A stretch of 64,000 nucleotides of DNA from Prevotella sp. (lineage in GTDB: Bacteria; Bacillota_I; Bacilli_A; ML615J-28; CAG-313), in assembly GCA_023665755.1 (NCBI GenBank), contig JAMPDF010000002.1, forward strand, positions 396,982-460,981, read 5' to 3'. This document shows, piece by piece, positions 9,741 through 19,384 of this stretch; within the stretch, counting starts at the first letter, position 1; every line of letters begins with the position of its first letter. Below the pieces are notes generated by a model that ran no database searches, was not told the DNA's origin, and worked only from the letters and a program-made list of their open reading frames with translations. The position numbers and the translations under genes are program-made.

Positions 9741-11348
9741 ATGAATTTTTTATGGATATTAATTGGTCTTGTGATATTCGCCATTGTGATGACCATTTTA
9801 GTTGCGATTCATGAGGGGGGACATTTCATTGCCGCAAAAAAAGCGGGCATCTTATGTCATGAGTTTTCGATTGGTATGGGACCAATCATTTATCAAAAGA
9901 AAAAAGGAGAAACCGTTTATTCTATTCGTGCTTTGCCAATTGGTGGTTTCGTATCAATGGCAGGTGAGGAAGTAGAAGATAATGTACTCAAAGGCGTTCA
10001 AAAAGTGAAGTTACAATTGGATGATACTGGTAGGGTTACCAAAATCATCATCAATTTAGATAATCCTAAATATAAAGATTTACCAGTATACCAATTAGTT
10101 TCTTATGATCTCATTGGTACCAAAGCGGCTTTACCTGATGAATTGTTTATTGAAGTCAAAGAAGAAAATGAGAGTACTTCTAATCGATACATTGTTAATC
10201 GAGATTGCTTAGTGAATTATCAAAAGAAAGAAGAAATTCAAATAGCACCATATGATAGAAATTTTGTCAACAAACCATTATTGAATCGTTTTCTAAGTGT
10301 GTTTGCTGGTCCATTTATGAATTTTGTATTGGCCATATTTATCTTTTTTTTAATTGGGTTATTTGCAGGATATGCAGATACAGAGCATACCATTTTGGGT
10401 GGTGTTACCGTAGTGGAAGGTTCAAATAACACTTTAGAAGTAGGCGATGAACTAGAATCCATTAATGGTATATCGTTAGAGGATTGGGCGAGTATTTCTA
10501 CTGTATTAGATAATATTGCTCAAGGTGGAGAAAAATTTACAGGCAGTATTACAGTTGTTGCCAAAGGGAAAGAACCTATTGTGATTCATCCAAGTGTATT
10601 TATTTATTCCATTGAATTAGCCTTTAAGGTGGATGGAACGAATGAAGCCATAATTGGTAGCTATTCAAGTAACAATGATAAAACCAAGGCATATAAGGCG
10701 GGATTAAGAGAAGGGGATAAAATTATTGCCATTAACGGAGATACAACCCTATCTACCAAATCGGCACTATTAGCTTATTTTACTTCTAAAGAATTAGAAA
10801 AGGGTCAAAAATTAGAAATTACATATGAACGTGATGGTTTGACGAAAACAACTGAAATTGAAAATTACAGTAAAAAGGTACTTGATGCACAAGGCATTGT
10901 GGCAACCAAAGTACAGCTAGGTATTACTTGTCAAAATAAATTTCATTTGGGTAAATTATTGTATATGCCATTTGTAGAAACAGCTGAATCTTGTACTATG
11001 ATTTTTAAAACATTAGGGGCTCTTTTTACAGATAAATCAATTGGCGTAGACGATTTAAGTGGACCAGTAGGCATTTTTAATTTATTGAAAGAGGCCACTA
11101 AACAAGGTGTTTTAACATTATTAAGTTGGATTGCAATTTTAAGCGTCAATTTGGGATTTATCAATTTGTTACCACTACCTGCTTTAGATGGTGGACGTCT
11201 TGCTTTTATGATATACGAAGCAATTACTAAGAAAAAACCAAGTCCAAAGGTAGAAAATACGATTCATACAATTGGGTTCTTACTACTTATGGCATTGATG
11301 TTGTTTATTTCTTTTAATGATATTTTACGTTGTATAGGAATCAAGTGA
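9741..11348 (+). CDS. rseP: RIP metalloprotease RseP/RasP (site-2 protease) with PDZ domain(s)
   Basis: The HEGGHF zinc motif sits in the first TM helix and the LDGG motif near the C-terminus. It ends in TGA. At 535 aa it is longer than typical. Confidence 0.85.
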   Translation: MNFLWILIGLVIFAIVMTILVAIHEGGHFIAAKKAGILCHEFSIGMGPIIYQKKKGETVYSIRALPIGGFVSMAGEEVEDNVLKGVQKVKLQLDDTGRVTKIIINLDNPKYKDLPVYQLVSYDLIGTKAALPDELFIEVKEENESTSNRYIVNRDCLVNYQKKEEIQIAPYDRNFVNKPLLNRFLSVFAGPFMNFVLAIFIFFLIGLFAGYADTEHTILGGVTVVEGSNNTLEVGDELESINGISLEDWASISTVLDNIAQGGEKFTGSITVVAKGKEPIVIHPSVFIYSIELAFKVDGTNEAIIGSYSSNNDKTKAYKAGLREGDKIIAINGDTTLSTKSALLAYFTSKELEKGQKLEITYERDGLTKTTEIENYSKKVLDAQGIVATKVQLGITCQNKFHLGKLLYMPFVETAESCTMIFKTLGALFTDKSIGVDDLSGPVGIFNLLKEATKQGVLTLLSWIAILSVNLGFINLLPLPALDGGRLAFMIYEAITKKKPSPKVENTIHTIGFLLLMALMLFISFNDILRCIGIK

Positions 11349-11848
11349 TGAAAAGAATTTTCTTCTGTCTTGTACTATGTCTATGCTGCATGGCTAGCAT
11401 AGGGTGCAAAAAACAATCAAAGGCTCAGTATGTAGGTGTTTATATTGAAGTGGTTGAAACAAATGAAAAATCACTTACAGATGAAAATATAAAATTATAC
11501 ATTGATGTAACAAAGAATAACCAGTTTGAAGAAGTAAATCATTTAACGGAATATCAAAATGTTTGTAATAGTAAAACATACAATCTATATCAAGAAGACG
11601 GGGTAGAAGTGTATGATTTCAGTGCTGTATATACAATCACTTTTCCTACTCGTCTCGATAAAAAGAAAATAGATGTCTATCCAATTGTGTATCAAAATCA
11701 AGAATTTATTATTGTTACACAGATGAAAAAGACTATCTCGTTAGAAACTAATCAATCAAAAGGTGTGCTTTTGAGCGAGTCTTATCGATTGAAAAAGCAA
11801 GACTATCATCTCAAAGCATCAATAAAAATTATTAAAAAGGAAGTGTAA
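11348..11848 (+). CDS. Putative lipoprotein, function unknown
   Basis: The start ATG overlaps the rseP TGA. The Cys-rich signal peptide ends in lipobox-like ASIGC. No recognisable family. Confidence 0.5.
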   Translation: MKRIFFCLVLCLCCMASIGCKKQSKAQYVGVYIEVVETNEKSLTDENIKLYIDVTKNNQFEEVNHLTEYQNVCNSKTYNLYQEDGVEVYDFSAVYTITFPTRLDKKKIDVYPIVYQNQEFIIVTQMKKTISLETNQSKGVLLSESYRLKKQDYHLKASIKIIKKEV

Positions 11849-11851
11849 ATA

Positions 11852-12988
11852 ATGAAAGGTTTTAAAAATACTTGGATTGTAACAGCAGAAGGACTACAAA
11901 AAACAGCCCTCACTTATGAAAAAAACTTTGAATCCATTGGTCAGCCCGATGATAGTTTAATAGAACTACCTGATGATTATGTAGTTGTGCCTGGATTTAT
12001 TGACGAACATGTGCATGGTGCAGCAGGCAGTGATGCAATGGATGGTACAATTGAAGATTTATCTACAATTGCTCAAGCCTTAGCTAGTGAGGGAACAACT
12101 GCCTTTTTAGCTACTACAATGACACAAAGTCCAGAAAATATTATCAAAGCTTTAGAAGCGGTCAAACAATATAAAAAGGCAAACTATACAGAAGGCGCTG
12201 AAATTCTTGGTGTTCATTTAGAAGGTCCATTTATTTCTAAGGATTTCGTGGGTGCACAGCCGATTGAATATGTGGCAGCACCAAAGGTAGATACGTTTAA
12301 GGTTTATCAAGAAGCATCAGGGAATACAATTAAAGTAGTAACACTTGCACCAGAAGTAGAAGGGTGTGATGAACTTATTCGCTATCTAGCTAGTCAAGGT
12401 ATTGTTGCTTCAATTGGTCATACCAATGCCAAATACGCTGATGTGGAAAAGGCAGTTTTGGCAGGGGCAAAAACATTTACGCACACTTACAATGCGATGA
12501 AACCTGTTCATCATCGTGAAATTGGAACGGTTGGATCAGCTTATTTATTTGATTGCATGACTTGTGAGTGCATTTGTGATGGCATTCATGTCAGTGCACC
12601 AGCTATTCGTTTATTACATAAAAATAAACCTAATGGCAAGTTTATTTTGATTACGGATGCTATGCGTGCAAAACATATGCCTGATGGTGTATCAGAATTA
12701 GGTGGTCAAGTGGTCATTGTGAAAAATGGAGAGGCAAGGCTTGAAAATGGAACGCTTGCAGGAAGTGTATTGAAAATGAATCAGGCTGTAAAGAATGTAA
12801 TGGGATTCTTGAATTTGCCTATTGAAGAAGTTGTAAAATTTGCTTCATTATATCCTGCTCAAAATTTAGGAGTAGACCAATATTTGGGTAGTATTGAAGT
12901 GGGAAAACGAGCTGATTTTGTTGTATTAGATAAGGAATTAAATGTTGTAGCAACAGTTCGTTCTGGTCAATTAATCTATCAAAAATAG
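11852..12988 (+). CDS. nagA: N-acetylglucosamine-6-phosphate deacetylase
   Basis: It has an amidohydrolase fold with metal-binding DEHVHG near the N-terminus and NagA-like motifs (HTYNAM, ITDAM). Confidence 0.85.
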   Translation: MKGFKNTWIVTAEGLQKTALTYEKNFESIGQPDDSLIELPDDYVVVPGFIDEHVHGAAGSDAMDGTIEDLSTIAQALASEGTTAFLATTMTQSPENIIKALEAVKQYKKANYTEGAEILGVHLEGPFISKDFVGAQPIEYVAAPKVDTFKVYQEASGNTIKVVTLAPEVEGCDELIRYLASQGIVASIGHTNAKYADVEKAVLAGAKTFTHTYNAMKPVHHREIGTVGSAYLFDCMTCECICDGIHVSAPAIRLLHKNKPNGKFILITDAMRAKHMPDGVSELGGQVVIVKNGEARLENGTLAGSVLKMNQAVKNVMGFLNLPIEEVVKFASLYPAQNLGVDQYLGSIEVGKRADFVVLDKELNVVATVRSGQLIYQK

Positions 12989-12997
12989 GAATCGTCA

Positions 12998-13030
12998 AAA
13001 TACTTATACGTAGAGTATAAGTATTTTTTG
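12998..13030 (+). terminator. Rho-independent terminator after nagA
   Basis: Stem ATACTTATAC / GTATAAGTAT is followed by TTTTTT. Confidence 0.7.
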
Positions 13031-13105
13031 GTTTGATTTAGCGTACAATAGCATTGGAAAGTAAATATATTCGCTATATACATAAAAATACATAGTATAC
13101 ATAAA

Positions 13106-13134
13106 TTGACAAAATATAGAAAATATAATATAAT
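13106..13134 (+). promoter_or_regulatory. Sigma-A type promoter (TTGACA-17-TATAAT) for the 13.2-16.2 kb ABC module
   Basis: The -35 TTGACA is exact at 13106-13111, the spacer is 17 nt and the -10 TATAAT is exact at 13129-13134. Confidence 0.55.
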
Positions 13135-13187
13135 AGAAGATGGTAAAATAGAAATTCAGTCGTTGACAAAAATTGAAGGAGGTAACG

Positions 13188-13874
13188 ATGAAACAAAAAT
13201 TAAATCAATTTTGGATTGTAATTTGGACGATTATTTTGTTAGTATATAATGCAGTATTGTTTTTACTAGTGAACCAATTGAAAAAAGAACTTTTTGATAA
13301 ACCCGCTTTTTGGGTAAACTATGCATGGATGATGATTGCTTTCCTCATTTGGCTTGTTGTAGAGTTGATTGCTAAATCGACTCAAAAAGGAAATCTTCGT
13401 CCCCTAACTGTGGTGGTATATCCCTTCTTAGCAGTGAGCTTTTTAACTACTAGTATATTGTATTTTTTTGCCATGAATATCGTGTTAATTGGTATTATTA
13501 TTCCAATGATTATGATTATAGGGCTATTTATAATTGGCTATTGTCTTGCTAGTGTACAAACAACAGTGCTAGAACGATCCACAAAATCATCAAAAGGATT
13601 CTTGCGAGTAGAAGATTTAACTAGTTATTTTAGTGAAATAGAACAATATACATCGGATAAAACGCAAAGAGCACTGCATCATTTGACGATTTTGTGCAGA
13701 GATTTACACTCCGTTGAAAAAGGAGAAGAAGTAAAACAACTTGAAAAAAGAATTTATGAATATGCATCATTTATTGAAAAAGATATCCAACAGGGCGAGG
13801 ATTCTAATGTCTATCTACATATTGAAAAATTGGAACAATTATTAAAAGAAAGGGCTAATTTAATAGCGAAATAA
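13188..13874 (+). CDS. Membrane protein (4 TM) with a cytoplasmic coiled-coil tail, first gene of an ABC-2 module. Function unknown.
   Basis: The start ATG at 13188 follows RBS GAAGGAGG (the ORF track begins at an upstream TTG). It has four hydrophobic helices and then a charged, helical C-terminus. Confidence 0.5.
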   Translation: MKQKLNQFWIVIWTIILLVYNAVLFLLVNQLKKELFDKPAFWVNYAWMMIAFLIWLVVELIAKSTQKGNLRPLTVVVYPFLAVSFLTTSILYFFAMNIVLIGIIIPMIMIIGLFIIGYCLASVQTTVLERSTKSSKGFLRVEDLTSYFSEIEQYTSDKTQRALHHLTILCRDLHSVEKGEEVKQLEKRIYEYASFIEKDIQQGEDSNVYLHIEKLEQLLKERANLIAK

Positions 13875-13878
13875 TATT

Positions 13879-14592
13879 ATGTTAGAAATTATACATTATT
13901 CTAAGTCATATCAAAAAGGAAAATTTGCGGTAGAAGACTTGAATTTAAAAGTTGAAAATGGAGATTTATTTGCTTTTATTGGTCACAATGGAGCAGGGAA
14001 AAGCACTACAATCAAGTCTATTGTAGGCATTCTTCCCTTTGAATCAGGTGATATTCAAATTGATGGTGTATCAATTCAAGAAAACCTCATTGCATGCAAG
14101 AAAAAAATAGCTTATATTCCAGATAATCCGGATTTGTATGATGCTTTAACGGGAATTCAGTATTTGAATTTTATTGGTGATGTATTTCAAGTGAAAAGTG
14201 AAGATAGAAAAGAGCGAATTGAAAAGTATGCTACACTTTTTGAATTAAAGAACGATTTAAATAATTTGATTGGCTCATATTCACATGGTATGAAACAAAA
14301 ATTAGCGATTATTTCAGCTTTTTTGCATAGCCCAAAATTATTGGTTTTAGATGAACCATTTGTTGGATTAGACCCTAAAGCTGCCTTTTTAGTCAAACAA
14401 GCTATGATAGAATTTTGTAAATTGGGTGGTGCTATCTTTTTTTCCACCCATGTATTGGAAGTTGCAGAAAAATTATGCAATAAAATAGCCATTATTCAAA
14501 ATGGAAAATTGGTTGTAACAGGAAAAATGGAAGAAATCACCAAAAATGCAAGCCTAGAAGAAGTATTTATGGGGTTAACGAATCATGAGTAG
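13879..14592 (+). CDS. ABC transporter ATP-binding protein (ABC-2 / DrrA-like)
   Basis: It carries Walker A GHNGAGKST, signature YSHGMKQKLAI and Walker B LLVLDEP. Confidence 0.85.
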   Translation: MLEIIHYSKSYQKGKFAVEDLNLKVENGDLFAFIGHNGAGKSTTIKSIVGILPFESGDIQIDGVSIQENLIACKKKIAYIPDNPDLYDALTGIQYLNFIGDVFQVKSEDRKERIEKYATLFELKNDLNNLIGSYSHGMKQKLAIISAFLHSPKLLVLDEPFVGLDPKAAFLVKQAMIEFCKLGGAIFFSTHVLEVAEKLCNKIAIIQNGKLVVTGKMEEITKNASLEEVFMGLTNHE

Positions 14593-16180
14593 TGTGATGA
14601 AAATCCTAAAGTGCTATTATACATCTTTATTCAATAAGGTTTTTAAAAATACCAAATATCGGGATAAAATTTATATAGCATTATTGTTTAGCATATTGGG
14701 TATAGGAGCTTTCAGCCTTATATTTGGAATGCTTTCGTATAGTAGTATCATAACTATGCAAAAAGAAGGTGTTCCAGAACTTGCGATCTACTCCTTTTCC
14801 ACTACAGCATTGATGTTTATGTTCATGTTAATTGTAACAGAATCAACGGGTATAAAGAAAACAACAGATGAAGAAATGCTATTAAGTCTGCCAATTCAAA
14901 AAGGGGCTATTATTACAGCCAAAGTGTTGTATTATCTTATTTTTGATTTTGTGGTAATTTTTATTCTTGTTTATCCTGCTTATATTATGTATGGCATTAT
15001 TGTTGAAGGGACTATCTTTCCTTTTGCTACTCGCGGGTTGGTGTTAATATTATTGTGTACATTATTTGGAGCAGGAATATCAGGTATTATAGCCACTTTT
15101 TTATCCCGTTTAACTATGCGCTTAAGGCATAGTGGAATCATTCAATCCATATTTGGTATGGCATTGATGGTGATCTTTGTGATAGTTTATATTGCTTTTT
15201 CTTTTACCAGTCAAAACTCCACGACAGCTGTTCAGGTATATGAGTTTTATCCCATTCAGCTGTTATCTCGCTTTATTTTAGAAGGTAGTGTGACTAGTTT
15301 ATTGATAATGATTCTTTGTGCAATGATACCATTTGTTTTATCTGTTATGCTAAAGGCATATTTTTTGGGAAAACAAGTCTCAACTTATCAAAGTAAGAAT
15401 CATGAACTAAGTTTTGAAGAATCCACCATTAGAAAAAGTTTATATAAAAAAGAAATGAACAAATATTTTTCTATTCCCATTTATGTAAGCAATACCGCAT
15501 TTGGTCCTATTTTTATGATTATGATAGCTATACTGATAACAGTAATGGGAAAACCTCATTTCATTCATTTGATTGAGAACTTATTATCTGTAGGGTATAT
15601 TGATGGTGAAGTTCCGGAAAATTTAATGAAGGTAGTAGATAGTTATTTTAATATCGGTGTAGTATGCATTATGGCAATGATGATTTCTTTTTCACCAACT
15701 ACAGCAGCCTCAATTTCTTTAGAAGGAAAAGAGCTTTGGATTTTAAAAGCGCATCCGATTCCTATAAAAGATGTATTTATTTCGAAGATACTAGTGAATA
15801 TATCCATTGGTATTATACCTGCTATATTATCGAGCATTTTACTATCTACGCAGTTGGGAATTGCATATTTGCCTATCCTCTGCATTGTCTTGATAGAGGT
15901 ATTGTGGATTAGTTCAGTAATTGGGCTATATGCCAATTTAAGTTTACCCAAGTTAAACTGGGAAAGTGAAGTTGAGGCAGTAAAACAGGGGATAGCTGTG
16001 CTTTTATCAATGGGACTCAATTTGATTTGTATTCTTGCACCCATTATTATTATTAATGTCATTGGAATCAATTCGGAATGGTTAATGATGGGCGCATTGA
16101 TTTTGATTTATGTTGGCGTAGGTTTGATATGGACATATGTCTTAAAGAAAAAAGGAATGCAATTATATCAAAAATTATAA
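14585..16180 (+). CDS. Large polytopic ABC-2 family permease (531 aa)
   Basis: It has 10 or more predicted TM helices and overlaps the ATPase gene by 8 nt. No other motif. Confidence 0.65.
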   Translation: MSSVMKILKCYYTSLFNKVFKNTKYRDKIYIALLFSILGIGAFSLIFGMLSYSSIITMQKEGVPELAIYSFSTTALMFMFMLIVTESTGIKKTTDEEMLLSLPIQKGAIITAKVLYYLIFDFVVIFILVYPAYIMYGIIVEGTIFPFATRGLVLILLCTLFGAGISGIIATFLSRLTMRLRHSGIIQSIFGMALMVIFVIVYIAFSFTSQNSTTAVQVYEFYPIQLLSRFILEGSVTSLLIMILCAMIPFVLSVMLKAYFLGKQVSTYQSKNHELSFEESTIRKSLYKKEMNKYFSIPIYVSNTAFGPIFMIMIAILITVMGKPHFIHLIENLLSVGYIDGEVPENLMKVVDSYFNIGVVCIMAMMISFSPTTAASISLEGKELWILKAHPIPIKDVFISKILVNISIGIIPAILSSILLSTQLGIAYLPILCIVLIEVLWISSVIGLYANLSLPKLNWESEVEAVKQGIAVLLSMGLNLICILAPIIIINVIGINSEWLMMGALILIYVGVGLIWTYVLKKKGMQLYQKL

Positions 16181-16188
16181 TATTTAAA

Positions 16189-16220
16189 AAGGACTGTATG
16201 AGCAATACAGTCTTTTTTAA
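16189..16220 (+). terminator. Rho-independent terminator
   Basis: GGACTGTAT-GAGCAA-TACAGTC is followed by TTTTTT. Confidence 0.75.
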
Positions 16221-16302
16221 AATAAATTATTTAAAATATAATGAGAAATAACGGAAATAGCATCAAAAGAATCGTATAATTAGGTGAAAGGAGAAAATTT
16301 AA

Positions 16303-16953
16303 ATGAAACAATTTTTTAAAATCAATCTAGGCATAGTGTTAAGTGTAATTGTTTTTTGTGGTTTATTTGGTGCAGAAGCCAATGCGTCAACAGGACATGA
16401 TGAATTTACTAGTATCAAATTTCTCTATAATCCTGAATTAAAATTAATTGTTGAAATGACTGATAGTGAACGTTTATCTCTACTCAATCATGTAAAGAGA
16501 AAGGCATTTGGGTGGTCAACATATACGAATTATCGAAAATATGAAATTGAATATGAAGCAGGTACCATTTTTTCAAGGTCAAATACCACAAATCAGGTTA
16601 TTGAATTTCATTATTCAACAGCAACATCTGATAAAAAGACTAAAACATCTGAATTGTCAGGTACACTTGGAATGAAATTTTCAGGGAAATTTAATAAAAT
16701 CACAGCGAGTTTAGACTCTAGTATTCGTGGAGAAATTGGTCAAAAAAATGAGTCTACTTTTAAAGAAGAGATGGAGTTTAAGGTGAAAATAGAACCAGGG
16801 AAAAGAGTATCCCTTATTGTAAAGGGATTAGCTAGACTTTCTAATGGTGCATCTAAATATTATTTATTTGGTATATCAGCTAAAAAGGAAATTTGGGAAT
16901 ATATTGACGTGGTGAATGAATATTATGAACTTGCCGAAGAAATCGCTATGTAA
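16303..16953 (+). CDS. Secreted hypothetical protein (signal peptide, beta-rich, Ser/Thr/Lys-rich)
   Basis: The signal peptide MKQFFKINLGIVLSVIVFCGLFGAEANA is followed by a roughly 188-aa mature part. An S/T-flanked alternating stretch TSELSGTLGMKFSGKFNKITASLDSSIRGEIGQ is present. No confident family. Confidence 0.55.
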   Translation: MKQFFKINLGIVLSVIVFCGLFGAEANASTGHDEFTSIKFLYNPELKLIVEMTDSERLSLLNHVKRKAFGWSTYTNYRKYEIEYEAGTIFSRSNTTNQVIEFHYSTATSDKKTKTSELSGTLGMKFSGKFNKITASLDSSIRGEIGQKNESTFKEEMEFKVKIEPGKRVSLIVKGLARLSNGASKYYLFGISAKKEIWEYIDVVNEYYELAEEIAM

Positions 16954-17854
16954 ACTAAAATGGATGATAGGAATAGGTGTATTGATACTATCAATAGGGG
17001 CAATTATAACAACAATCCTTAGGCGAAAAGAGATATATCAGTATTTGACATATCCAAATATATACTATCTTTCTACTGAGGAAGATAGTATAAAGGTGAA
17101 ACTGTATAGCCGTCATGAAATAGATCCATATTTGCAAAAAGCTAATATTACAAATTTATCTTTAGAGGCTTCTCAGCAAAAAGACCATTATACATTATCT
17201 ATCGAACAAATTGTGCCAGAACAAGAGTATATCAATTATCAAAAGCAAAAATATAGAACATATACGTTAAACTTGCACTTCCCTTTTGACCATAATGGCG
17301 ATTTACAAATACATAATGCCAATCTTGTTTTTGAATTTGTATATGGTGAAAAATTTAAAATTCCAATAGGGTCAATCATATGTTATACAAAGGGAACCCA
17401 AGATGTACTAAGACTTGCTAATCTAAAAGGGGTTGTCGAAGAAAAAGAAGATTTACAAGTCTTGACAGGAATAGGTATCACATTATACCATATTGAAAAT
17501 CACTCTTTTCAATTGAAAAAAATTGAATCAATAGATAAACGAGTAATCATGGAATCAAATACAATTATGGAACTAAATACTACAAGATATCCTCAAAATA
17601 CTAGTTTATTAGAAATAGAAGAAAACTACTGTAGGCAAATTCATGCATCACCTTTCAATATAGATGCGAGCGATCAAGTTCATCTTTTTTTCCCCATCAC
17701 CTATCATGACTTAGAAACGATTACAACTATGGCTTTGCTGATAACATATCAAGAAGATGGAGTCACATATACTCAAGTGTTTGAACCATTTCAGTTTTTT
17801 AAAACAACAAGTATAACGTATAATCAGGTGAAATATGTGCCCAATTCGAATTAG
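16916..17854 (+). CDS. Membrane-anchored (N-terminal TM) extracytoplasmic protein, unknown function
   Basis: A single N-terminal TM (WMIGIGVLILSIGAIITTIL) precedes a roughly 270-aa extracellular domain. It overlaps its neighbours. Confidence 0.45.
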   Translation: MNIMNLPKKSLCKLKWMIGIGVLILSIGAIITTILRRKEIYQYLTYPNIYYLSTEEDSIKVKLYSRHEIDPYLQKANITNLSLEASQQKDHYTLSIEQIVPEQEYINYQKQKYRTYTLNLHFPFDHNGDLQIHNANLVFEFVYGEKFKIPIGSIICYTKGTQDVLRLANLKGVVEEKEDLQVLTGIGITLYHIENHSFQLKKIESIDKRVIMESNTIMELNTTRYPQNTSLLEIEENYCRQIHASPFNIDASDQVHLFFPITYHDLETITTMALLITYQEDGVTYTQVFEPFQFFKTTSITYNQVKYVPNSN

Positions 17855-18458
17855 AAATCTAAAAAAATCATATAAACGACATTGCATTTTTGATCATGTT
17901 CATTTGGATTTAGATGAAAGGATGTATCATTTTCTGATTGGTGAAAATGGCGCTGGCAAATCTACCTTCATCAAGTGTCTATTGGATGAGGTGAAATATA
18001 GTGGAGTTATCGAAAAATCAAGTCATTCTATAGCTTATGTACCAGAAAAAATTATTTTACCCGATTATGTTACTGTTAGTGATTATTTATATTGGATGGC
18101 AAAAATTCAGTATCAGAAGAATATGCAACTAAAAGAAAAAGTTTTCCATTATTTACAACGTTTTGCCATGGAAAACTATGCGGAAACACCCATTTGTCAA
18201 TTATCTCAAGGCACGAGGCAGAAAGTACTTTTAATCCAAGCATTGCTTAGTGAATCTGATATCTATATTTTCGATGAACCACTTCGAGGATTAGATGAAT
18301 ATTCAAAAAAGTGTTTTATAGAGGAAATAAGAAAGTTAAAACAAAAAGATAAGTTAATTGTGATTTCGACACATACATTAGAACAATATCGCGTGCGTAA
18401 AAAGCATATTATTTCATTTCCGTTAGGAGAAGACTATGTATCTAATTCAATTACATAA
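17835..18458 (+). CDS. Short ABC transporter ATP-binding protein (207 aa)
   Basis: It carries Walker A GENGAGKST, signature LSQGTRQK and Walker B IYIFDEP. Confidence 0.75.
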   Translation: MCPIRIRNLKKSYKRHCIFDHVHLDLDERMYHFLIGENGAGKSTFIKCLLDEVKYSGVIEKSSHSIAYVPEKIILPDYVTVSDYLYWMAKIQYQKNMQLKEKVFHYLQRFAMENYAETPICQLSQGTRQKVLLIQALLSESDIYIFDEPLRGLDEYSKKCFIEEIRKLKQKDKLIVISTHTLEQYRVRKKHIISFPLGEDYVSNSIT

Positions 18459-19152
18459 GGGATACCTGTGGAATAAAGTCAATAGAACCATTATTTATTT
18501 GATTTTATTGATATCCATTTTATTAGAACTCATTTTGATAAAACCCTTTACTCATACACTAAATATTTGGACGCTCAAAATGATTGATGTAGATAATTAT
18601 TGTCAAGCTTCATTTTTCTTTTCAAAAATTGTACTCATTTTATTTTCCATTTATGTATTTGGTATTGGATTTAGCCAATCAGGAGATAATTATAGTATAG
18701 TGATTACAACAAGAATTTCTCATTGGAAATATTATTGTACTAAATTTTTTTCTATTGGATATGGATTAGGTAAAATAGTAGTTAGTTTTTTCTTAATACA
18801 TATTAATATAGGATTTCTCTTTTCCAAATGGTATATATTAGATTCATCTATATGGAAAGCATATGGTGAAATGTATTGGTTAGCTTTAGTATATGGGGCA
18901 TTAGCTATCGTATCAGTACGTGTAGGGAAGAGTATCTATGCGTTATTCATACCAATATGCTTGTATATTGTAAGCGAGGTTATTATTGATTTCAATATTG
19001 GTCAACAAGCTATGCGGATTTTTCAATTGTTTTTACCCATCCAGATGTATAATGGCTCAAGGTATATACTGATTTATGGCCTAGGCCATACGATTATTCT
19101 TGCCATATTTTATATGCTAATTGCCTATATAACTTATACCCAAAAACAATAG
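18436..19152 (+). CDS. ABC-2-like membrane permease (about 6 TM)
   Basis: It is a polytopic hydrophobic protein overlapping the ATPase gene. No motif. Confidence 0.5.
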   Translation: MYLIQLHKGYLWNKVNRTIIYLILLISILLELILIKPFTHTLNIWTLKMIDVDNYCQASFFFSKIVLILFSIYVFGIGFSQSGDNYSIVITTRISHWKYYCTKFFSIGYGLGKIVVSFFLIHINIGFLFSKWYILDSSIWKAYGEMYWLALVYGALAIVSVRVGKSIYALFIPICLYIVSEVIIDFNIGQQAMRIFQLFLPIQMYNGSRYILIYGLGHTIILAIFYMLIAYITYTQKQ

Positions 19153-19171
19153 AAATAAAAAGGTGACTTGG

Positions 19172-19200
19172 TTGACATATTTAGAAAATTATGGTATAAT
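19172..19200 (+). promoter_or_regulatory. Consensus sigma-A promoter of the infC-rpmI-rplT operon
   Basis: It reads TTGACA (19172-19177), 17 nt, then TGgTATAAT (extended -10, TATAAT 19195-19200). Confidence 0.65.
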
Positions 19201-19206
19201 ACGTTT

Positions 19207-19384
19207 GAAATAAATATTGTAGTGAAAAGAAGAAGTCCCACTTCTCACCTGACCAATGAGGTTGGTAGGTAAAGAGTCATGATGCAATTGTTGGATTGTT
19301 CAATCAATGATACTTACAGTGGGTTTTCCACTGTTTTTTATTCTTCCACACATATTTATTATAAATTTTTATGGAGGTGAGAAT
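19207..19384 (+). ncRNA. Ribosomal protein L20 leader / infC attenuator 5'UTR with intrinsic terminator at 19316-19342
   Basis: A roughly 180-nt leader runs between the promoter and infC. It contains hairpin ACAGTGG-gtttt-CCACTGT followed by a T-run, matching the Firmicutes L20-mediated attenuation architecture. Confidence 0.5.

Noticed and set aside
11346-11348. Possibility that UGA is recoded (Mollicutes-like code 4), given the extended PotA/PotD
   Set aside because: rseP terminates at TGA exactly where homologs end, and the downstream lipoprotein ATG overlaps it. RF2 (prfB) is present and intact. No conserved gene shows in-frame TGA. Code 11 is used.
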